DNA of 64,000 bases from contig CACWLK010000005.1 of the NCBI GenBank assembly GCA_902761715.1, positions 17,038 to 81,037 of the forward strand. The letters run 5' to 3'. Below are positions 59,893 to 64,000 of the stretch, one piece after another; position 1 is the first letter of the stretch, and each line of letters opens with the position of its first letter. The DNA comes from an uncultured Rhodospirillales bacterium (GTDB lineage: Bacteria; Pseudomonadota; Alphaproteobacteria; RF32; CAG-239). The position numbers and the translations under genes were made by a program. Below the pieces are notes generated by a model. That model saw nothing but the letters and a program-made list of their open reading frames with translations. It did no database searches and was not told the origin of the DNA.

Positions 59893-61103
59893 ATTCGTTG
59901 CAACAATTCTTCTCGAGACAGGCTGAAGTCGCTGTCAATCCAGTCTTGCTTCAGCCTTTCGAGAACAACACCAATCTGTGAATTTTCGGATTTTCCGGCC
60001 TTAATAACATCACGTCCGCTGACCGGAAAAATCGGTACTATCTCATTGAAAATCATATCTTTTATGTCGTTAAGGTGTTCGGGAACAACCATTTGTTTTG
60101 CCGCCTCGATAATCAATTTATCAAAACAAAATTCTTTCCCATAAGCATAAATCACTTTTCTGCGCAACGCCGGTTCAACAATGTTTTCGATTCCGATTTT
60201 GTTGTTAGACCAAGCCACCAGCATTTCTTTTTGGCGTTTAGTCAAATGCAGGCGCATTGCAATATTTTCTGCCAAATTTTTGTTCGGAAAATACAGCACA
60301 AAAAGCCTCCGCATAGCGTTAGGCAAAATGTTGCATGATTTTTCCAACTTGCTCAAAAAATCGAGATTATCCGTGTACTCTGATTTTCCCAACCAGTTTC
60401 CCAAAATTTCATTATCGAGCATAACCTTAATTACATCGGCAGCATTAGGCGTTAGCAGTATCTTTATAAACTCATCACGGATTCTCTCAATTGATACGTT
60501 TTTCAAACCATCTCTGTTGTCGATACAAGCTTTAAGGGCTTTTTTATCCATAGGTGTTTTGGCAAACAAAGAATGAAACCTGAAAAACCTCAAAATACGC
60601 AAATAATCTTCTTTGATTCGCTGTTCCGGTTTGCCGATAAAACGCACAATCCCTTTTTCCAAATCATGGATTCCGTTATAATAATCAAAGACATTTCCCC
60701 GCTCATCGGCATAAATGGCATTAATCGTCAAATCACGCCGCATTGCATCTTCTTCCCAGTTGTCGGTAAATTCAACTTCGGCGTGTCGCCCGTCGGTCTT
60801 TATATCTTTTCGCAGGGAGGTAATTTCAAGCAATGTGTCATTAATCAAAACCCCGAGAGTCCCGTACTTCAACCCGATGGGAACAGTCCGCACCCCGGCA
60901 TCTTCACAGGCTTCTGCCAGCTCATCTGGCGACAAATCGGTAGACAGGTCGAGATCAAAACCGGTTTTCCCGCTCAAAACATCACGCACGGCACCACCGA
61001 CAAAGCGCACTGTTCCGCCATGATTTCGTACAATGTCAAAAATCTTCAAAATATGGTCATCGGTAGTAATCTTGCTTATATCCAAAAACCTGTCTTTAAT
61101 CAT
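59889..61103 (-). CDS. cca: CCA tRNA nucleotidyltransferase / poly(A) polymerase family
   Basis: FVGGAVRD...DLDLST...RDLTINA are Pol-beta NTase head motifs. Confidence 0.85.
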   Translation of the reverse strand: MIKDRFLDISKITTDDHILKIFDIVRNHGGTVRFVGGAVRDVLSGKTGFDLDLSTDLSPDELAEACEDAGVRTVPIGLKYGTLGVLINDTLLEITSLRKDIKTDGRHAEVEFTDNWEEDAMRRDLTINAIYADERGNVFDYYNGIHDLEKGIVRFIGKPEQRIKEDYLRILRFFRFHSLFAKTPMDKKALKACIDNRDGLKNVSIERIRDEFIKILLTPNAADVIKVMLDNEILGNWLGKSEYTDNLDFLSKLEKSCNILPNAMRRLFVLYFPNKNLAENIAMRLHLTKRQKEMLVAWSNNKIGIENIVEPALRRKVIYAYGKEFCFDKLIIEAAKQMVVPEHLNDIKDMIFNEIVPIFPVSGRDVIKAGKSENSQIGVVLERLKQDWIDSDFSLSREELLQRI

Positions 61104-61193
61104 TTTAAGCTCACTGCAAAATACGTATTGTAATGTTTAATATTTTTTTGTATTTATATAACCAAAACCTAACCATAAAAAAGGATAAACACA

Positions 61194-61700
61194 ATGAAAA
61201 AAATCGGATTTTTCACTATTGTCTTTTGTTTCTTTGCGTTTTTTGCTCATGCTGACGCACCCCAAACAATCGGTGAATATAATGACTGGTCGGCTCTTTT
61301 TTACCGTGAAGGCAAAAACATTGTCTGCTACATGGCCAGCACACCTCAAAAATCCGAGGGAAAATATACTCAACGTGGCAATGTTTATATGGTTATAACT
61401 CATCGTCCGGCCGACAAAACCTATGATGTTGTTAACTTTGTTGCCGGCTATACATACAAAAACAGCGCTCCGGTTACCGTCAAAATCGGCAAAGACACAA
61501 TCACCGATCTGTTCGTTGACGGCGATAAAGCCTGGGCAATGAATGCTGCCGCCGATAAAAAATTGGTAGACGCCATGAAAAAAGGCGAACGCCTAATTAT
61601 TGAAGGCACCTCCAGCAAAGGCACACTGACCAAAGACACATATTCTCTCAAAGGCTTTTCTGCCGCCTATCGTGCCATCAGCTCAAAGTGCCGCCGATGA
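61194..61700 (+). CDS. invasion-associated locus B (IalB) family secreted protein
   Basis: 168 aa with a signal peptide (FFAFFAHA). The size and the GxYxDWxxxC and C-terminal C pattern resemble alphaproteobacterial IalB. The assignment is from memory. Confidence 0.5.
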   Translation: MKKIGFFTIVFCFFAFFAHADAPQTIGEYNDWSALFYREGKNIVCYMASTPQKSEGKYTQRGNVYMVITHRPADKTYDVVNFVAGYTYKNSAPVTVKIGKDTITDLFVDGDKAWAMNAAADKKLVDAMKKGERLIIEGTSSKGTLTKDTYSLKGFSAAYRAISSKCRR

Positions 61701-62758
61701 GTGATAAAATCGAACTCATAGGTCTTTCTAAAGAAGAACTCCAAGAGCACCTCAAATCTCTCGGAGAACCGGCATTTCGTGCCAAACAAATTTGGCAGTG
61801 GGTGTATTTTTACGGCAAAACCGATTTTGCCGACATGACTAATTTATCTAAACCTCTGCGTGAAAAATTGACAGATTATTTTGAGCTTTCCCGTCCCAAG
61901 ATTGTCGATGAACAAATTTCTGTTGATCGTACTCACAAGTGGTTGCTTGAGTTCAAAGACGGCCAACGGGTTGAAATGGTTTATATTCCTGAAGAAGACC
62001 GCGGTGCTGTCTGCATATCTACACAGGTCGGCTGTGCCATGGGGTGCAAATTTTGCCATACAGGAAGCCAAAAACTGACTCGCAACCTGACTGCCGGTGA
62101 AATTGTTTCGCAGTTTATGGTTGCCCGTGATGTTTATAAAGAATGGAACTTGAAAGAGCAGGCACGCATGCTTTCCAACATTGTGGTTATGGGCATGGGT
62201 GAGCCTTTTCAAAATTATGACAACCTCTGCCGTGCAGTCAAAATCATTTCTGACGGAGAGGGTATAGCTTTATCAAAACGGCGCATAACTGTTTCCACCT
62301 CGGGCATTGTTCCGCATATTCCAAACTTTGACGCAGAAGTAGGCACTCGTTTAGCCATCAGCTTGCACGCTCCTAACAGTGAGTTGCGCTCTCAAATAAT
62401 GCCGATTAACAAAAAATATCCTTTACCTGAACTTATGCAGGCCTGCCGACAATATCAGGATAACAACGGCGGCTACATTACTTTTGAATATCTAATGCTT
62501 AACAATTTTAATGACACTTATGCCCATGCTGCTGAGTTGATAAAATTGATGAAACAATACGGTATCAACGCCAAATTTAACCTTATTGGATTCAATCCTT
62601 GGCCGGGGTGCGATTTTACCCCCAGTTCAAACAACCGTATCCATGCATTCTCCGAAGAACTGCAAAAACATGGCTTTGCAGCCCCGATCCGAACCGCCCG
62701 TGGTCAAGACATCCTCGCCGCCTGCGGTCAACTAAAATCCAAGAAAACAGTTCAATAA
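61688..62758 (+). CDS. rlmN: 23S rRNA/tRNA (adenine-C2)-methyltransferase RlmN (radical SAM)
   Basis: CISTQVGCAMGCKFCHTG is a CxxxCxxC cluster. MGMGEP and the C-terminal Cys are present. It overlaps the ialB-like gene by 13 nt. Confidence 0.95.
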   Translation: MPPMSDKIELIGLSKEELQEHLKSLGEPAFRAKQIWQWVYFYGKTDFADMTNLSKPLREKLTDYFELSRPKIVDEQISVDRTHKWLLEFKDGQRVEMVYIPEEDRGAVCISTQVGCAMGCKFCHTGSQKLTRNLTAGEIVSQFMVARDVYKEWNLKEQARMLSNIVVMGMGEPFQNYDNLCRAVKIISDGEGIALSKRRITVSTSGIVPHIPNFDAEVGTRLAISLHAPNSELRSQIMPINKKYPLPELMQACRQYQDNNGGYITFEYLMLNNFNDTYAHAAELIKLMKQYGINAKFNLIGFNPWPGCDFTPSSNNRIHAFSEELQKHGFAAPIRTARGQDILAACGQLKSKKTVQ

Positions 62759-62920
62759 AAAACAGGCACCGTTTTCAGGATATTTTAAGATTTTGAATGT
62801 AGTATGACAAGCAAACGTTAATGTTATTTTTTTGTAGAAAAATAGACAAAAATATGCTATAACTAAAATAGCATTGGTTTTTAATGTTCGGTTCAACGCA
62901 ATATTTTAAGGAGACAAGAT

Positions 62921-63427
62921 ATGGTAAAAGTTAATGATATAAAGGCTTATGTTCAAGAGAAATTAGATGCCGGACAAAAACCTCAATTATATGCCAAAAC
63001 AGCTCGCATTACCGCAAGAGAAGGTGTTGTTGGGGAAGAAATTGTTACCAAAATGGCCGATGGTCATCAGGAGACAAAAAACGTTGTAAAAGAAAAAGGA
63101 GATATGGTTGCGACTAATCCAAATGGAGAGCAATATATCATTGATGCTAAAACTTTTGCGAAAAAGTATGAGGTAGACCCAGCTAATCCTAAACAATATC
63201 GTCCTAAAGGCGGAGCTCAAGAGTTTTTATTTTTGAAAGAAGATGTTCAATTTACAGCTCCTTGGGGAGAAGAAATGGACATCAAAGCTGGCGGAGTTCT
63301 GAATATCAGCGGAAGAGATAGCGGAGATATTTATGGCATTCAACGCAAAGAGTTTAATGAAACTTATGCTCAATGCGATAAACAAGGGACTCCTCTGAAA
63401 ATAAATCCCCAACAATTTACTAGATAG
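62921..63427 (+). CDS. hypothetical protein (168 aa) adjacent to tRNA-Ala
   Basis: It has a very strong RBS (AAGGAGA, 7-nt spacer) and its own terminator. I recognise no family. Confidence 0.5.
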   Translation: MVKVNDIKAYVQEKLDAGQKPQLYAKTARITAREGVVGEEIVTKMADGHQETKNVVKEKGDMVATNPNGEQYIIDAKTFAKKYEVDPANPKQYRPKGGAQEFLFLKEDVQFTAPWGEEMDIKAGGVLNISGRDSGDIYGIQRKEFNETYAQCDKQGTPLKINPQQFTR

Positions 63428-63450
63428 ATATTAGTTTTTACCATTACCTA

Positions 63451-63480
63451 AGCCGTTGTGCATTTTGCAACGGCTTTTTG
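63451..63480 (+). terminator. intrinsic terminator after the 62921-63427 gene
   Basis: The stem is agccgttg/caacggct, followed by tttttg. Confidence 0.5.
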
Positions 63481-63545
63481 TATTTGTTTTTATTTTTAAT
63501 CACGCATTTGGCCTGTTTTCAAAAAATCTACAGTCCAACAAAAAC

Positions 63546-63582
63546 AAAAAAAGGAACGCAAATCAGCGTTCCTTTTTTTAGA
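63546..63582. terminator. bidirectional intrinsic terminator immediately downstream of tRNA-Ala (minus strand)
   Basis: The stem is aaggaacgc/gcgttcctt with a 6-nt loop. It is flanked by a 10-nt A-run and a T-run. Confidence 0.5.
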
Positions 63583-63584
63583 AT

Positions 63585-63660
<76 letters not shown>

Positions 63661-63705
63661 GAGATCAAGACATTTAATAAAGAAATTCCGCTTAAATGTC
63701 AAGCA

Positions 63706-64000
63706 TTAAATATCCAAATCATCAACGAACTTTGCACGCTCGATAATAAACTTAAAGCGCAACTCCGGATTTTTACCCATAATCCGCTCAACCTGCCGCC
63801 TTGTTTCAAAAGCCTCCTCTTTTCCTTCTTCAGTTCCGGTATCGGGCAACATAACACGGAGCAGGGTGCGTTTTTCTTTGTCCATAGTGGTTTCCTTGAG
63901 CTGTTGTGCGCTCATCTCTCCCAGACCTTTAAAACGGCTTATATCAGCCTTTGTATTGCCTTTAGTAACTTTTTTCAAAATCTGCTCTTTGTCGTCATCA
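63706..64000 (-). CDS. parE: DNA topoisomerase IV subunit B, C-terminal end (gene continues past the window end)
   Basis: RFKGLGEMSAQQLKETTM...RFKFIIERAKFVDDLDI is a GyrB/ParE C-terminal signature. gyrB proper is at 20406-22853, so this paralog is parE. Confidence 0.8.
   Translation of the reverse strand, partial: DDDKEQILKKVTKGNTKADISRFKGLGEMSAQQLKETTMDKEKRTLLRVMLPDTGTEEGKEEAFETRRQVERIMGKNPELRFKFIIERAKFVDDLDI

Overview
This is a 64 kb, AT-rich, gene-dense stretch of chromosome with a clearly alphaproteobacterial gene order: mnmE-mnmG-rsmG-parA-parB, rpsT-dnaA-dnaN-recF, Tim44-mltA-smr next to secB, gpmI-envC-ctpA-rppH, and short-form hprK plus EIIA-Man/HPr. I take it to be the origin-proximal core genome of an obligate intracellular or endosymbiotic lineage (Rickettsiales/Holosporales-like); I cannot name the species from sequence alone. 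About 60 protein genes can be supported. Most are housekeeping DNA replication/repair genes (dnaA, dnaN, recF, gyrB, polA, dnaX, ybaB, recR, dnaQ, radA, mutM, parE fragment) or tRNA/rRNA modification genes (tsaD, tsaE, tsaB, mnmE, mnmG, rsmG, rsmI, rlmN, cca). I also call an SRP (4.5S) RNA upstream of dnaX, a tRNA-Ala(GGC), two perfect parS palindromes, and several intrinsic terminators. I found no CRISPR array, transposase or integrase. The main items worth following up are listed below.
- An archaeal/eukaryotic-type ADP-dependent sugar kinase.
- An exact 15-mer present four times in three reading frames and once outside coding sequence across mnmE-rsmG.
- Two parS sites embedded in-frame in mnmG and rsmG.
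- An HD plus PHP phosphoesterase pair inserted and translationally coupled inside the mnmG-rsmG-parAB operon.
- A sensor-like multi-PAS membrane protein with no kinase domain, followed by a K/E-rich low-complexity protein.
- A tiny Cys-rich ORF bracketed by two terminators.
- Several proteins with long polybasic or charged tails.
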